Source: Tubiluchus corallicola
Taxonomy: Eukaryota > Animalia > Priapulida
Reading direction: 5' to 3'
Assembly (NCBI GenBank): GCA_030141605.1
Contig: JAQGDQ010000172.1
Coordinates: 124,001 to 188,000 of the forward strand
DNA length: 64,000 nt
Both the position numbers and the translations under genes were made by a program. Positions 1 through 12,720 of the stretch are shown piece after piece. Positions within the stretch are counted from its first letter, which is position 1. Each line of letters opens with the position of its first letter. The notes beneath the pieces were generated by a model. That model saw nothing but the letters and a program-made list of their open reading frames with translations. It was not told where the DNA came from and did no database searches.

Positions 1-80
1 TCACGTGGATCAAGTAATATTCACGAGCACAAACATGTATGTCGCGGAGATAGTGATAAAGGACTAGAGAGAATTGGAAG
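1..80 (+). CDS. ANKLE2: ANKLE2/LEM4 internal exon (5' end lies outside the window)
   Basis: Frame 1 reads SRGSSNIHEHKHVCRGDSDKGLERIG(R), then donor AG|gtaata at 81. It resembles the SDPERGFERVGR motif of ANKLE2 as I recall it. Confidence 0.88.
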
Positions 81-239
81 GTAATATAACTAGTCTCATT
101 CTATTTAATTTTAACTTGTTTATGTCCAGAATGGAATGCATTTGCAACAATATAGTTGGTCATGGTTGTACCTTAATATATACTGCTTTTTTGTTGTGAT
201 ATTAATATAATTGAAGGTTCGATTTTTTTTAATTTTTAG

Positions 240-366
240 GCGTCTTTCACGGGAGTTTAAGGTGCCCTGGGTGGAATATTGGCACTTTCTTGGAGACTAT
301 ATCGACATATCCACGCGGTCTGGCCTCTCAAAGTTGGAATATTATCTGCAAAATAAAGCATTACAG
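240..366 (+). CDS. ANKLE2: ANKLE2 exon
   Basis: Acceptor ttttag|G is phase-compatible with the previous exon. Reads RLSREFKVPWVEYWHFLGDYIDISTRSGLSKLEYYLQNKALQ, matching the ANKLE2 PWVEYW.FLG..VD.S...GL..LE.YL block. Donor CAG|gtttat. Confidence 0.92.
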
Positions 367-779
367 GTTTATCTAATAGAAAGTTTTTAGTTCAAATTAT
401 GAGGGTTTATATACTTTCAAGTAAACAAACTTTTGTTATACAATTTGTCAAAGTATACATTTGTTACATAGCGTTTAAATTGTACATTTCAGTAGCAATA
501 AGTATTAAACTCCAGAAGAGTATCGAACCTAGCTGATTATAAAGGGCAGTTTTCCCAGATGAGATAGTGAACTGGCAAATGATTTTAGTCAGGTTTACTT
601 GTATGGCCGAATATACGTCCTTCTTCAATGGCAGATAAAATCAGAAGTGGTTTTTGGACTATCACCCAATTAGCTTCTAACTATACCCATGCTGTTTTAC
701 TTTGTGGTAAAGCCACTCAGCTATTTTCTTAATCTCAAGACACTTCTTTTATTTTATTTTTACATATTGTTTAAGCTCA

Positions 780-896
780 TTGTTTGCCTTGTAGTCTCAT
801 TACTAAGTGTGAAAAACCACTACATTCACAGAGAAGCCAAGTAACCCAGTTACATACGAACATATAGTGGTAGCAAATATATATATATATAGTTTT

Positions 897-944
<48 letters not shown>

Positions 945-1300
945 AAAACTACAATGTGCACTAACTGACTTAGTGGCAAGGAAAAATAAAAGTTTAAAAG
1001 TACAAATCAAAATTAACAATAAACTGTAAACTAAAGGCTCGCCTTTGCGACATCTGGTGCTAGGGCAGTGACCAATGCCTTGACCATCGATATCCACTCC
1101 TCTGGTGTGCCCCACAGTGTGGTGCATGTTGGAGAAATTTGTCACCAAAAAACCTTTCCTTTCTAGTGAACAAGCCTTTACGTGCTTCACAAACTGACGT
1201 CAATGTGCCAGGTTTGTGATACAGGTGTACAATAAAATGATCCAGCACAGGCATGAGTTCAGTCAATAGTTCAGCACTAGTAGTGTTTCTTAAAGGTACA
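780..1300 (-). mobile_element. Decayed transposase C-terminus, Academ-like, in an ANKLE2 intron
   Basis: LDHFIVHLY...TSVCEARKGLFTRK...HQRSGY and a Cys-rich tail (LCECSG) resemble the XPG-like/Cys-rich end of Academ-type proteins. It is frameshifted and interrupted by (TA)n. Confidence 0.55.
877..942. repeat. (TA)n microsatellite
   Basis: Visible TA runs at 877-891 and 899-942. Confidence 0.95.
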
Positions 1301-1399
1301 AATGTTCAAGATGTTTCTGTTATGTGGGCTAAGCCATTTTTTCTCTTTCTCTAAAAACTGAAGTCTGGTCGTAAACAGTTTTGTCATGGGTTACTTACG

Positions 1400-2378
1400 C
1401 AGCTGTTTTTTTGGAATCAATGGCATTCATGTTTTCATATGGTCTAAGATATGGTTTTTATAAGCTAGCAACAGCTACCTTTTTGGCCATTTTGAAAATA
1501 TTAGTCATGTTGGTACTACCCTAAATGCTTGACCTTTAAAGCCTATGGTATATAGATTCTAATATCATCATCCTAGTTTCCTTAAGTCGGGCAGTATAGT
1601 TAATATATGATGTCATAGGTGTTCCTGGGCATCAGAAATTGATTCATTGACACCGAAAACTTAAGTTGACACCAAAGTTGTCATATTAACTGCATGAACA
1701 GTCAGGATATAGTTTTCAAAACTAGCTATTACAGGCATCAATCTTGTCGACCATTTTGAAAATTATGGTCATACACTGTATGATTTTCTACTGACTTCAT
1801 ATGCAAAATTAATCACCTTGATTGGTTTTAATGTTGTGCAAAGTTTTGTAACTTGGGCAAAAAGAGCAAGTTTTCCACCATTTTGCTAGGCAATTATGTC
1901 TTGATCCCAGTAACCATTTTGTTTATTACTTGTTGGACTGTTTGAATTGCTTTGCATTATTTTGGGGCTTGTAGCAGCTTTCTAGATTCAAGAATGTCCA
2001 GTTGATTGTTTTTTGAATGGCTAATGTAATTGCATGATCGGCATTATTTCGTTATTGTGTGGTGGCCATTTTGAAAACGGTAGTCATGTTTGAAATGAAA
2101 ATGACAGAAATGGGTTTCTCAGGTCCAACTGTTACTCCAGAATAGATGACACATTGGCTTCTTAATGTCAGTTTTCTGAAAATTTCTCTTAATTTGTGAT
2201 GTTTGTGCAAAAAATTGTCGGCCATTTTGTTTTTCACTTTTTAACCCATTTTCCCTAGTTTTTCAAGCTAGCAACAGCATTTTTTGGATTCAGCATAATC
2301 AGATTTGTAAAACTGGCTATGTTGCCCACTTAAAAAATGCCTCCAGGGTTCCACTTTTCTGAAAGTGGGATTAGGCTA
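1400..2378. mobile_element. Non-coding DNA-transposon-type remnant
   Basis: Recurrent (gg)ccattttgaaaa motifs (~1485, 1751, 2063, variant at 2221), ending in a GC-richer block with a hairpin (ccacttttctgaaagtgg). Adjacent to the Academ-like remnant. Confidence 0.45.
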
Positions 2379-2559
2379 TTTTAATATGTTTTTTATTTTT
2401 GAGCTAATATTTAAGTGATATCAGGGTATTGCTTTGAAAATTCTTTCTTTTTCCTTTAACATAGCTATAATTAGCAAAAATATTCTTAGTGCATAAGAAC
2501 TGAAGTAACTATTTTTCGATTTTTAATACAAATTTATTCTTAGACAGTGTTTATTTTAG

Positions 2560-2689
2560 GTGGAAGATAATAATTTAGCTAGTGATAATCAAAATTATAG
2601 CATGGATGTTACCACATCTCCAATTACAGCTGACCTTTGTACGGAATTTCAGTCTCTAAAACTTTCATCGCCATCTCAGGGCAAATGCG
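2560..2689 (+). CDS. ANKLE2: ANKLE2 exon
   Basis: ttttag|GTG ... TGC G|gtaagc, 130 nt, phase 0 to 1. Reads VEDNNLASDNQNISMDVTTSPITADLCTEFQSLKLSSPSQGKC. Confidence 0.8.
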
Positions 2690-3393
2690 GTAAGCAGCTT
2701 TAACCATTAAAAGCTACATTTATGAACACTTTAACAGCTATAGTAGCTACTGCTTTTGTCACATTGTTTATTATAATTAAACTACACAGTACATTAGCAG
2801 TGTACACTTTATTATTACTATGCAACTGTGCTAAGTGGACGCTGTTCCTCTGCCTGCTTTCTTACAGTTTCATTGTTTCATGATTAGCTACAATTGTAAT
2901 AGTGTTTTTGTGAAGATTTAATGATAGTTAGTGTTGCCATTCACATATTTATTACAACTTTAAAACACTAGCACACTTTTTAGCTGTGTTTTAATGTAAT
3001 ACACTACGTTCCTATGGGGTTCTAATTATCTGTTTTACTGTTTATTGGCCAAGAAACTAGAAACTACATATTCTCTTCGAATTTTATTAGAATTTTTATG
3101 CAGTAAGGTATTCTTGATTTATGCAGAAAATTATTCAAAAAGTTTTTACATTTCCTGCAGGCTGCAGAAAATGCTTTGGGGGTTGCTTGTCTTTACATTT
3201 TGGCAACAGCTAAATAGAAACAGCTTAGATTTGATGCAAAACCTTTTAACGTATTTCCTTATTCAGGTTTTCGTTTTTGAGAATCTAGCTGCATTTTTTT
3301 TAACAAACCGCACTATAAAGTTGAAATTTAATTATCATTGGAATATTGATAGCTGTGGTGTCTTGTAAAATAATATAACATTTCTCATTGTAG

Positions 3394-3580
3394 GTCACAC
3401 AGCAGAGCGTTCTGAGAGTCCTTCAAGTGGTATTTTTGTGCCATCATCGATTTCTGCACGTCACTGTTCAGAGTCTTCACACAGCAGCAGTAGCGAGGAA
3501 TCTGACTGTTACTATACTCCTCCAGAGTCTCCTTTGACAATAACTCCATCACTTCCAAATTTTACATTCTTTATTAATGG
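3394..3580 (+). CDS. ANKLE2: ANKLE2 exon (Ser/Pro-rich linker)
   Basis: ttgtag|GT ... AAT GG|gtatga, phase 1 to 2. Same frame as ORF 3438..3644 and ends in FFING. Confidence 0.85.
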
Positions 3581-4325
3581 GTATGACGATAATGTGAGCT
3601 TGATTATACATCGCAAAATAAATAGACAGCTTATCTTTTGTTAAAAAACAGTTTTTAAGTATGTTCATGCAGAGTTAAGATATTGACTGCAGTTTTAAAC
3701 TGAATGTACCTTTGTTGTTGGCAAAGTACTTTTCCCGTAAAAGAGTGACCTTGCAGGTACAAAAAATAACTTTATCAATAGCCCTCTGCTGATAGTTTAT
3801 TTTCTTTACCATTTAACAAGTAAAGATTTCTTTTCTTGTTAAACTTTTATTTCCCAGTCATAAGTTTCTTTATTATTTAAAAACATACGTCACGCTCACA
3901 GTTTTGTGTAGAGAATTCTTCGAAGTATGGTTTTTTCATTTTTACAAAGAGTAATAATGATAAGTAACAAAATTAGACAAAATTCACTGCAGGTGAAGGG
4001 CAGCAGCTAATAAATTTTCCTTTTTTTGTCTTCTTTGATCGACTTCGACTGTTTTGTGAATGTTTTAATTTTTAAGTAGTCTACGCTTGTTTGAAAAAAA
4101 TTTTCATATGTGTGTGTTGTCATTGTATTGATTAATTTTAGCCCTACAGTATAGGCAAAACTAGTGTTCATTGTCTTTTTTTGTATGCGCTACTGCTGTT
4201 TGTACTTTTTAACACTACAAAAGCTGCAAATTTCTAGATTCCTAGTCATATCTTTACAGTGTTGTTAGCCGAATATGTAAGAATTTCTTCATACAGTACA
4301 AAAAATTGTTTTTAATTATTCACAG

Positions 4326-4457
4326 TGAATTGCCAAGTAAAGTAGATATGGACGTGTTGCGAGCATTGCAAGGCACTGTGATAAATCCATTGGATTTCCC
4401 TTTTATCTACAGATGGCGGCAGCTGGTTACAAACTACCCCGAGAAAGATCGAGAAAA
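4326..4457 (+). CDS. ANKLE2: ANKLE2 exon
   Basis: cacag|T ... AA|gtaggg, phase 2 to 2. Reads ELPSKVDMDVLRALQGTVINPLDFPFIYRWRQLVTNYPEKDRE, matching the C-terminal G..PSK.D.DVL.AL....FP...RW block of ANKLE2. Confidence 0.9.
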
Positions 4458-4648
4458 GTAGGGACTTTTACCTTTAAAATGGCTGATTGTTGTCGTTTTA
4501 ATATACTTATAATTTCTTTAAATTAGTTCCTTTCTTTGTGGATTATTGTAGGTAATTGTAGTTTGTTTCTATATAGTTATGTAATAATACATAATAATTA
4601 TTATGTATTAACTATTAAATTTTTTATTTCCTTGAATTTCTCTGCCAG

Positions 4649-4898
4649 GTGGCCAAGTCCGACAGCAGTGAGAGTTAAGCGTCACATGGCTTCATCACTT
4701 CCCCCTAGTCCACTGACTACACCAATGAGAAACTTGCCTGCCAATCGCATCTTAGCGCCGCCGACGTTTACGCCTTCTATGGAGCAGTTTTCAAACATTT
4801 ACAGAGAAGAGTCATGTAATATTCAATGTCTTTCAACTAAGGAAAATTTGCAAACAAATCTTATAACTGAATTTCAGAAAGCAAAGGTGGATGAGTAA
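4649..4898 (+). CDS. ANKLE2: ANKLE2 terminal coding exon
   Basis: tctgccag|G TGG CCA AGT CCG gives the conserved WPSP. Open to TAA at 4896-4898. Confidence 0.85.
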
Positions 4899-6224
4899 CT
4901 CTGCAGAATTAATATGATAATTGTCACTGTTGTGGCTTAGCACTTACTGCTTATCTCACTTTTTGTAACAGACCAAGATTTTTTTGGGCTGATTTATAAT
5001 TACATGTAAGTATTTATATCTTAATGGTAACATTAACACATAAGTTACCATATTTTTATGTATTTGCTATTGTTAACCGTATTAGCTTTTTTGCGTCATT
5101 GAGAAACAACTGAAACAAGAATCAGAATTTTGTTTTTCTTATTGTTACAGAATCGATAATTGATGTTTTTGTCTTGATATTTTGTTCTTGTTCACAGAAT
5201 ATGCTATATGATATTGACGTTAAGGAAAAGCAGAACTTTGAATTTGATTGAAATTTGAATGTGATTAATAATTAATAAGATGATCCCATTTTCTAGCATA
5301 GCAAGAAAAGAGTCATTGAGGAGAGGAGCAAATAGATTTTGATCCAAACTCTTGTCTACCAAAAACGAGTTGTGAAATGAAAGACATTTTTTAAGCAATA
5401 ACCTAGAACCATTAAATGCAAAATGATATATTATTAGAGACTGGCTGCCTCATAGTACATACATATGCTGAGTCTAACAATTCTACAAAACGTTTCACAA
5501 ATGGCATGAATAATTGCACATTTGAAAATGTAAAAACGCAAGCATTGACAACTGCAAAGTCCTACTGACTTGAAAAAGAACATTTTTGCTTAAGATATTT
5601 TAAATCTTAGGTCAGGTTGAGGCTTTAGACAATCAAGGCTTTGTTCTGTTTTCTTTTTTAAAGGACAAGAAAACACCTTTCATAAAAAATGCTTAAAAAT
5701 TCGTCTTGAAAATCTGATTGCGCACAGAACTTCTGTTAGCCTAACACTGTATAGACTTGTGAATTTAAACTCCCTCATTGGCCGTTAGGTGCATCCATTT
5801 AGACAATAAGTCATTTGAAACAAGTTTAGATAGCATTTTACCAGTTGGCACAAACATTTAAATTCTTAAGAATTTCTTTTCCAATTACATGAGTCCTTCA
5901 AACAGGTAAGCGTAATGCTAAATAACGTAACTTTATATGGAAGGTTTTTGGGATGTGCATTAAAATTTCATTTTCTTCCCTTTTAACTTTTAACAAAAGT
6001 TGTATTAATTTTAAAATATCAAAAGCCTTTGTGTACATCATAAAAGTAATATATCTCATAAGATCAACTAAGATTTTATTCTTTTGCAAACTTTTTTTGA
6101 TGTGTTTTTAATAATGTATTAAATTCATACGTATATACATGCACATTTAATATTGTGCTGTATTTTGTATATGCAAAATACTGGGCTGCTCTCTGGTTCT
6201 TACATCAATAGATATATAGTAGGT

Positions 6225-6780
6225 ATAGTAGGTAGAGCTTGTGGCGCCCGGGCTGGCTCTTGAGTTTGATGCACCCCCTTCCCCTTCCCCGCCGATGAAA
6301 ATGTTTATGTAGGAAAATTTTACATTTGTAGAATTTAGCAGTGTTGTCTCACATTTGCGATACGGAGTTACAAAGATAAGTGATAAATTGATAAAGTACT
6401 ACTGAAAAAAATTGTTTGTTAAGAAATGACTTCTCCCTACATGCTTCAAAAGTTACGGTGCTCATAGGCTTCGCAAAAAGCATGATTGTAAATGTATTTC
6501 ACAGTTAATCCAAAACGTATACTGCGCAGAAACTTTGAGAGCAACGCCAAACTGTGTAACAAAAATTACAACGCTATTAAATTACTAATTATCTTTCTTG
6601 TAGCAGTGGGCTGGAGAAGCCGTAAGCCACGTTTTCGTGGAAAATCAAATTATCAGATGTTTTGTCTTTCTACTGTTTCTGACAGGATAAACATTCTCAG
6701 TACTCTTAGTCAGAGTGCCCCTTCTGAAAAGTGCTGCCCGGAGCTGCCTTGATAGACCCCCCCCCGCCAGCTACGTCACA
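6225..6780. mobile_element. Degenerate MITE-like element
   Basis: GC-rich ends (gtggcgcccggg...cccc and gcccgg...ccccccccgccagctacgtcac) enclose an AT-rich core. The TIRs are eroded. Confidence 0.4.
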
Positions 6781-9700
6781 ATACCTATAGTTAGTATAGC
6801 GTTTCTTACCAGTAACGTAATTCGGTACGAGAAAGACGTTCCATACTGCATATAAATTTTAGCTATCGAATGCCACATGGTGATTGTATAAGTTAAACTT
6901 ATCCTAGAAATTAGGCTGCTTAGAAAAAATATTTTGTTTCTCTTTTACGTAGGCTTTCATTATCTGTGGTGCGTCATATGGTGGCAACCGGTATCGTTGT
7001 TACAATTATATCACAATTGTACTTATTTCGATGTAAAATATTTTAGCCTGTGTTTGTTTTAAAGCAAGAGACCATTTTATTTATTGTCAAAGCGCTGGCA
7101 ACAAAACAGTTAATTATGCAAAGGTCACCATTTTCGAAAAACACAAAAAAGCCTTTTCATTAGTCACAGGGTTTATACAACAAATTAATACTGCTAAATT
7201 TTTAATAAAAATTTGCCACGTTTGGACAGCTTTTGATAGTATTTTGCAATAATATTTTGTAAGCTCACGCTCAGCATGCACGATAAAGTACACACAACGT
7301 AGAAAGTTTGCGCTTCACTGTTGAATCGTGGCACGTTATTCCGGATTGGTAACTGGTATCTTATTGCACCCTGCTGTGATGCGTAGCATTGTTATTACTA
7401 TACCGATCGATAATGTGCCGTACAGGCACTCCGTGGAGTTTAGATTAGTGGAAGACCAACTGAAAAATAGTATTTTTAATTTTTCGTTAATGTGCAAATG
7501 ATGGTAATAACGGATACTACAAATAAAGTTCGTGCATATATCATTAATTGCACGTGTTAGCAGACAATTTATTTAATTGTTGTAATATTTAGCTAACTGA
7601 AAACAACATGTTTTTACATTATGAATTGATAGCCTTTCAGCATATAATAATATAGGTTGTAAGTTTGGTTTCAGCAAAGCTTCCTCCACACTTACAGCAT
7701 AAGCTAACAACAGTGGCAATCTAGCTTATCGAAGAGGTAAACTTGTCATACTAACAAGGTTTCTGCAAAGCCTGTTAACAATTTAAAAAAAAATATTAAA
7801 GTAGAATTAAAAGGATGGTTGAGTCGATATCGTTATAACGTAGGGAACGTTAGCCGGCAAAATCTGCCCAAAAGAACCTTGTGGACACCCTGTGCATCAG
7901 TCTTGCTAAATCATACCCCGTCTGATAAGTACCCCTAACCACTTTTCGTACTAGCCGTGAAATTACGCAAGGCAATAATAAACCCGCCGAAAAGATGCTG
8001 TTTGCTTAACTTAGCTGCTCTTAAAAACAAACAATACGTCCAAAGTTGCAACGCGCGGATAAAATATTATCCACAAAATGAACTCTAACTGCTTCTATGC
8101 ATATTCGTGTTTCATCGCCTTGCATTATGTCTGAGTAACAATAAATTACCTACAGGATGTTTTGATAAAGCTACTTTGCCTCCCCTTATTTAACGGCTGA
8201 GAGTTCAAGAGTTTTCTAGGGTGTGAGGTGAAAAGGAGGAGACGGTGTGTAGTTTAATTGTACTGCAATTATTATTATTAAAATATATTATTATTAATTA
8301 AAAGATAATAATTAAGATATTAAGATAAAATGTGAAATAAAACATTTCCTCTTGACTTATTCGAGTTTTAGGCCGCAGATGCCGCGCGTGCAAAAAGCAA
8401 CATTCATATGAGCTGGTGTAACGCATGTTTTCAAATATTAGTGGCGTTAAAAACGGTAAGAACACAGTCAATTTAAAGTAAGAGAGTTTTCTTCAAAAAT
8501 GCAGCATAATTACATATACTAGTAACATGCTTTTAAATCTCAAAAAAAAATGATTTTATTTATGCGGAATCATAATCATTCCTAAAATGAAACATTATTC
8601 GAGTCGAGGCTTTTAAATGATTCACTCTAATTGTCTTGTTCTTTAATTGCATTGAGCATAGACCTACGTCTGTTTCGAATAGAAACAAGATCGTTTGAAT
8701 TCAGATCCAAACTCGCGAGCATGATCGTGTTTATCACTTAACTGTTCCTGGTTCAGCGGTAGTGTACTCATGTTAAAAATACTGTAGATTAATCTCATTC
8801 CGTGATTGATTAGGCGAACATGACTATTATCACTTGACTATGGCAGTTCCAACGCGGGGCTACACTCACGTTATGAGTAGTTTGCCATATTTTCATATTT
8901 TGGCACATACTACTCTAAGCTCCTAACAATCCCAGCTTTTCTAAGCTAGGTACTATAATTTCAGAGTTATTCCAGGTTACGACTTCATGCTTATGTGTCA
9001 CTTCAACAAAGAGACACGCCACTGTACTTTTGTGCTGTACTTTTTAAAATTTAAATGATCCTTGTTGACTGAATAAATAAATAAATAATGTTATAAATGA
9101 TGAGTAAATAATCAAATCAGCGTTCTTTTAAAATCCATTGCTCGCGGATTAAGAAGCTCGCGTTTTCAGTACGCAAAATAGTTTCCTTAAATGGTACATC
9201 TTGCACGAATTGGGTAATCTTTTCTCTAACTGGGTTTTACAGGACATTAATTCTTACTTTTTCCCTTCGCGATCAATGTAAGCTTTTTTAATTTCTGCGA
9301 TTTGAAAGCAGAGTAGGGCGTGATTTTTTTTCCTGTAGAAAGTGTCGACCTCGATAGTACAGGAAAGCGACAGTTCGGCATTTTTACCTTCTCTGAAGGA
9401 GGTATCGCTGTTGCCAATAACATATATTAAAGAGAAGGACAGGTCATTTCGCACGTTGGGTTTACTTTACTGTTATCTCTTAAATTTAGAAAAATATAAC
9501 AAAGAAATTTCCAAAACAAAACTGTATAAAGCTTTAAGTTAATTTATACTACGGATGCATAGAATTTTCAGGCGCGGTAGTAGCCGCCATTTACTTATCT
9601 GGTGAACTTCGTGACTTTTCGTAAGCGTATGTTGCTTCCCATAAGTGTGCACTGCTTAAACTAGTTCAAACTTCTGCAGCTTACTTAATGTTTTTACAAA

Positions 9701-10548
9701 TATATCACAAAATTACCTATTTATTTTTTAAAAAACTTTTTATACGTTTGACTGAAATTGTTCGTTCGTTGTTTTTTCAGTGGGCGAATGACGTCATTAG
9801 TGGAAGAATGAGCGAATAAAACGCCCAAACGTGAAATGATCGCAACTATAAAGTCATTTTACTAATTACAGGAGGCGCTTATCACACTTCTATCACTTTA
9901 TTACTAAATCCTTCTATCAACTTTCGCGAACATCGAAATAAGCCTAACTTCCCAAAAATCTTGACATTTGTTTGAAAGAAAAAGAACCGATCAGCTTCGA
10001 TTTGGTTTTTTGTTTGACATTGATTAATTGAACATTTGACATAAAACCCGAAATTATAATTGAAATTTAGGTTCATAGGAGATTGTAGATACCATGTAGA
10101 TCTTTGCACTTCTCACATAATTTGATTTTTATAGTGCAGACTTGCGTCATAAATAACTTATTTTAGACCTACTGGAGAAAACATGTTTTACAGAATTATT
10201 CGGATTAATCAAATAGCATTAAAATAAAGTTAATACTCTGAGATGATTAAAACGTCGTGCAACATATTTTATTCTAATGCAACGTAATAGCAAACATCTG
10301 CAACGTTTCCTAATTAGATTCTTCTTTAAGCGTGTTTTCCCATTTTATTATTTTATTATGACTTAATACAAGATAATACGTGTTATTTAAAAATACGTTA
10401 TACATGCATACATTTCTTGAAAAGCTACCCAAATACAATAAAATCTTTTGAAGAAAACCATATATGACCATTGTTGACAAGAAATCTTTTCTTATTTTTA
10501 GCTGCAGATCTATTGAAGTCCTTAAGAAGCGTAAAACCTGTTGTCAGC

Positions 10549-10636
10549 TTGTTGTTGTTTGTTGTTGTTGTTGTCGTCATCGTCGTAATTGTTGTTGTTG
10601 CTACTGCGGATGATGATGATGACGACGACGACGATG
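10549..10636. repeat. (GTT)n/(GAT/GAC)n compound microsatellite
   Basis: Visible trinucleotide runs; they explain the poly-V/poly-D ORF. Confidence 0.9.
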
Positions 10637-11208
10637 AAAATGACCTCTGTTTATTGTTAGTGAACTCACAGCCAAAAAACGGGGAAATTCTGCTGAATTA
10701 AAAAATCTCAAACACGGAGAGCAAACCTCGAACACCAATGTTCATCTTTTAATTAAGCAATGGACGTAAGGATTAGCTTATGTTGATAAGCGATAAGAGG
10801 AAACGGTTTTGTACGAGATCAAGCTGTCCGCCGATAAAACTAACTTACTGAGAGGAGAGAAAGGCAAATTGGATCGTACCATTAGGCGTACCTGATACTT
10901 CATTTAAACCAAGAACCTTATTTCTAAAATAAAAGCAAGCCAAATTCAAAACTACATTTTCCAGTTATAGGCTAATTCACATTAAGCATATTATTGTACT
11001 TAGTATTTATCCCTATTTTTTTACCCAAACGAATACATTTGTATACAAAATACCGATTTTTTAAATGTTATTACTTGCTTGAATAACATTTATAGCATTA
11101 AATGGAGAAAATGTCATAAGGGCTAATAACAGGGACGTGTGGAACGGAAATGATACTGAAGTGAAGTAAATCTACGACGTAACTGGCCAACAGTATAAAC
11201 ACGAAAAT

Positions 11209-11426
11209 GTTTGAACGGGAAAATCTATCTGGATGTTAAAACTCAAAAGTTTAACTGGCACAGCTCTCAAAAATTCTTCACTAAGTGTTGTTGCTTCTTC
11301 GAAAACTTTCAAAAAATGCGACTTCCTGTTCCGCCGGTCGAGAAGCTTTGTTTGTTGCAGTTGGTCAGGCGTAAAAGAAGCCGAGTTCAGTCGAGCCGAC
11401 CGTTCTCTGTTTATATTGCAGATCCC
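11209..11426. repeat. 218-bp direct repeat, copy 1
   Basis: Identical to 12503..12720 apart from one substitution I could see (ttctctg vs ttccctg). Confidence 0.97.
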
Positions 11427-11520
11427 GCTTCGACTGCTTGGTCTGATCACGTGACCCGTGGCAGTTGTCACGTTACGTTAGCGCTCAAACACCTGTGCTT
11501 CCGATGAAACGTCATCAAGA
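11405..11520 (-). promoter_or_regulatory. Candidate core promoter facing left
   Basis: Minus-strand TATAAA (11415-11410), GTCACGTGAT E-box (11446-11455), gttacgtta bZIP-like site and a TGACGT half-CRE (~11510) in a CpG-rich block. Confidence 0.35.
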
Positions 11521-12502
11521 AACTTCAAGGTTTTTCACAAAGAAGGTAATTAGAGCGCTGCAGTATTAGAACATCTTTTTGAAATGCATTGTGAACAAGC
11601 TTGGAGAATTAACTTATGATCGGAAAGCCTTTAAATTATTAAACTGAATTTAGTTCGTTATTTTCGCGCTTCTATAGTTATCTATCTATTATGGCACTGT
11701 AACGTAATAAATTATTATTTTGTTAAATCAAACATTCATTCGCCAACCAAACTGCAGATACGTATACGCTAGTTACCTCTGTTTTTTAGAAATCATTAAT
11801 TTAGAAAATCAAATTGTCTAAATTAATTCATTGCCAGAACCTTACTCATTAGTGCTGCCTGAGATCATTTACTGTGACCAGATGACCTCTTGCTCTTGAT
11901 CGGCGCGCTATCCTCTCTCTCACTTATCATAAGCAATTAGGCCCTATTTGCCTGTGTACTATTGAACTACTGCACCGTTGAAGACTGACCGGATGTGGTT
12001 ATTGTATATCTTGTAGATGGAGAAAAGTAAATTTTAATTCAATTAAATTCAATTCACATTTAAATATTGTATATTATACTTGTATATTATTCAGTAATTA
12101 TAGCTAATAACAGTCATAGTTGATAAATAATAAATATTTATTTATTTCGAAGCAAAAGTCATTAGACATAAATGGCATTAGACATCACAGAAAAGAAGAC
12201 AGCAAGAAAAAGATGCACAAAAATGTGTTACCACTATTTACTAGAAAAATATACATAAATTCAAAGTCATTTAAGTTAAATCTACCTGTTGCGTAAAAGA
12301 GAAATAATAAAATATAAAAGTAGGTAAAAATGGCACAGGCAAAAATGACAAACGTGTAAAACTAAAATGTACTTAGTAGGAAGCAAACCTCCCCTAAAGG
12401 CCTCATATCATCATAGTAGTGCATCGTAAAAACAAACCTAAATTGTACATTTATGACAGAGACTGGTATTTCAAATGTGTATGTAAAATGCTTGATGACA
12501 AC

Positions 12503-12720
12503 GTTTGAACGGGAAAATCTATCTGGATGTTAAAACTCAAAAGTTTAACTGGCACAGCTCTCAAAAATTCTTCACTAAGTGTTGTTGCTTCTTCGAAAAC
12601 TTTCAAAAAATGCGACTTCCTGTTCCGCCGGTCGAGAAGCTTTGTTTGTTGCAGTTGGTCAGGCGTAAAAGAAGCCGAGTTCAGTCGAGCCGACCGTTCC
12701 CTGTTTATATTGCAGATCCC
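12503..12720. repeat. 218-bp direct repeat, copy 2
   Basis: Matches 11209..11426. Confidence 0.97.

Noticed and set aside
9758-9775. miR-375-like TTGTTCGTTCG
   Set aside because: Part of a pyrimidine tract with no complementary arm.
11860-11890. bantam-like seed TGAGATCATT
   Set aside because: Only a ~10-bp local hairpin; the rest does not match bantam and there is no pre-miRNA fold.
11209-12720. 218-bp repeats as LTRs of a TRIM element
   Set aside because: No TG..CA termini, primer-binding site, polypurine tract or target-site duplication.
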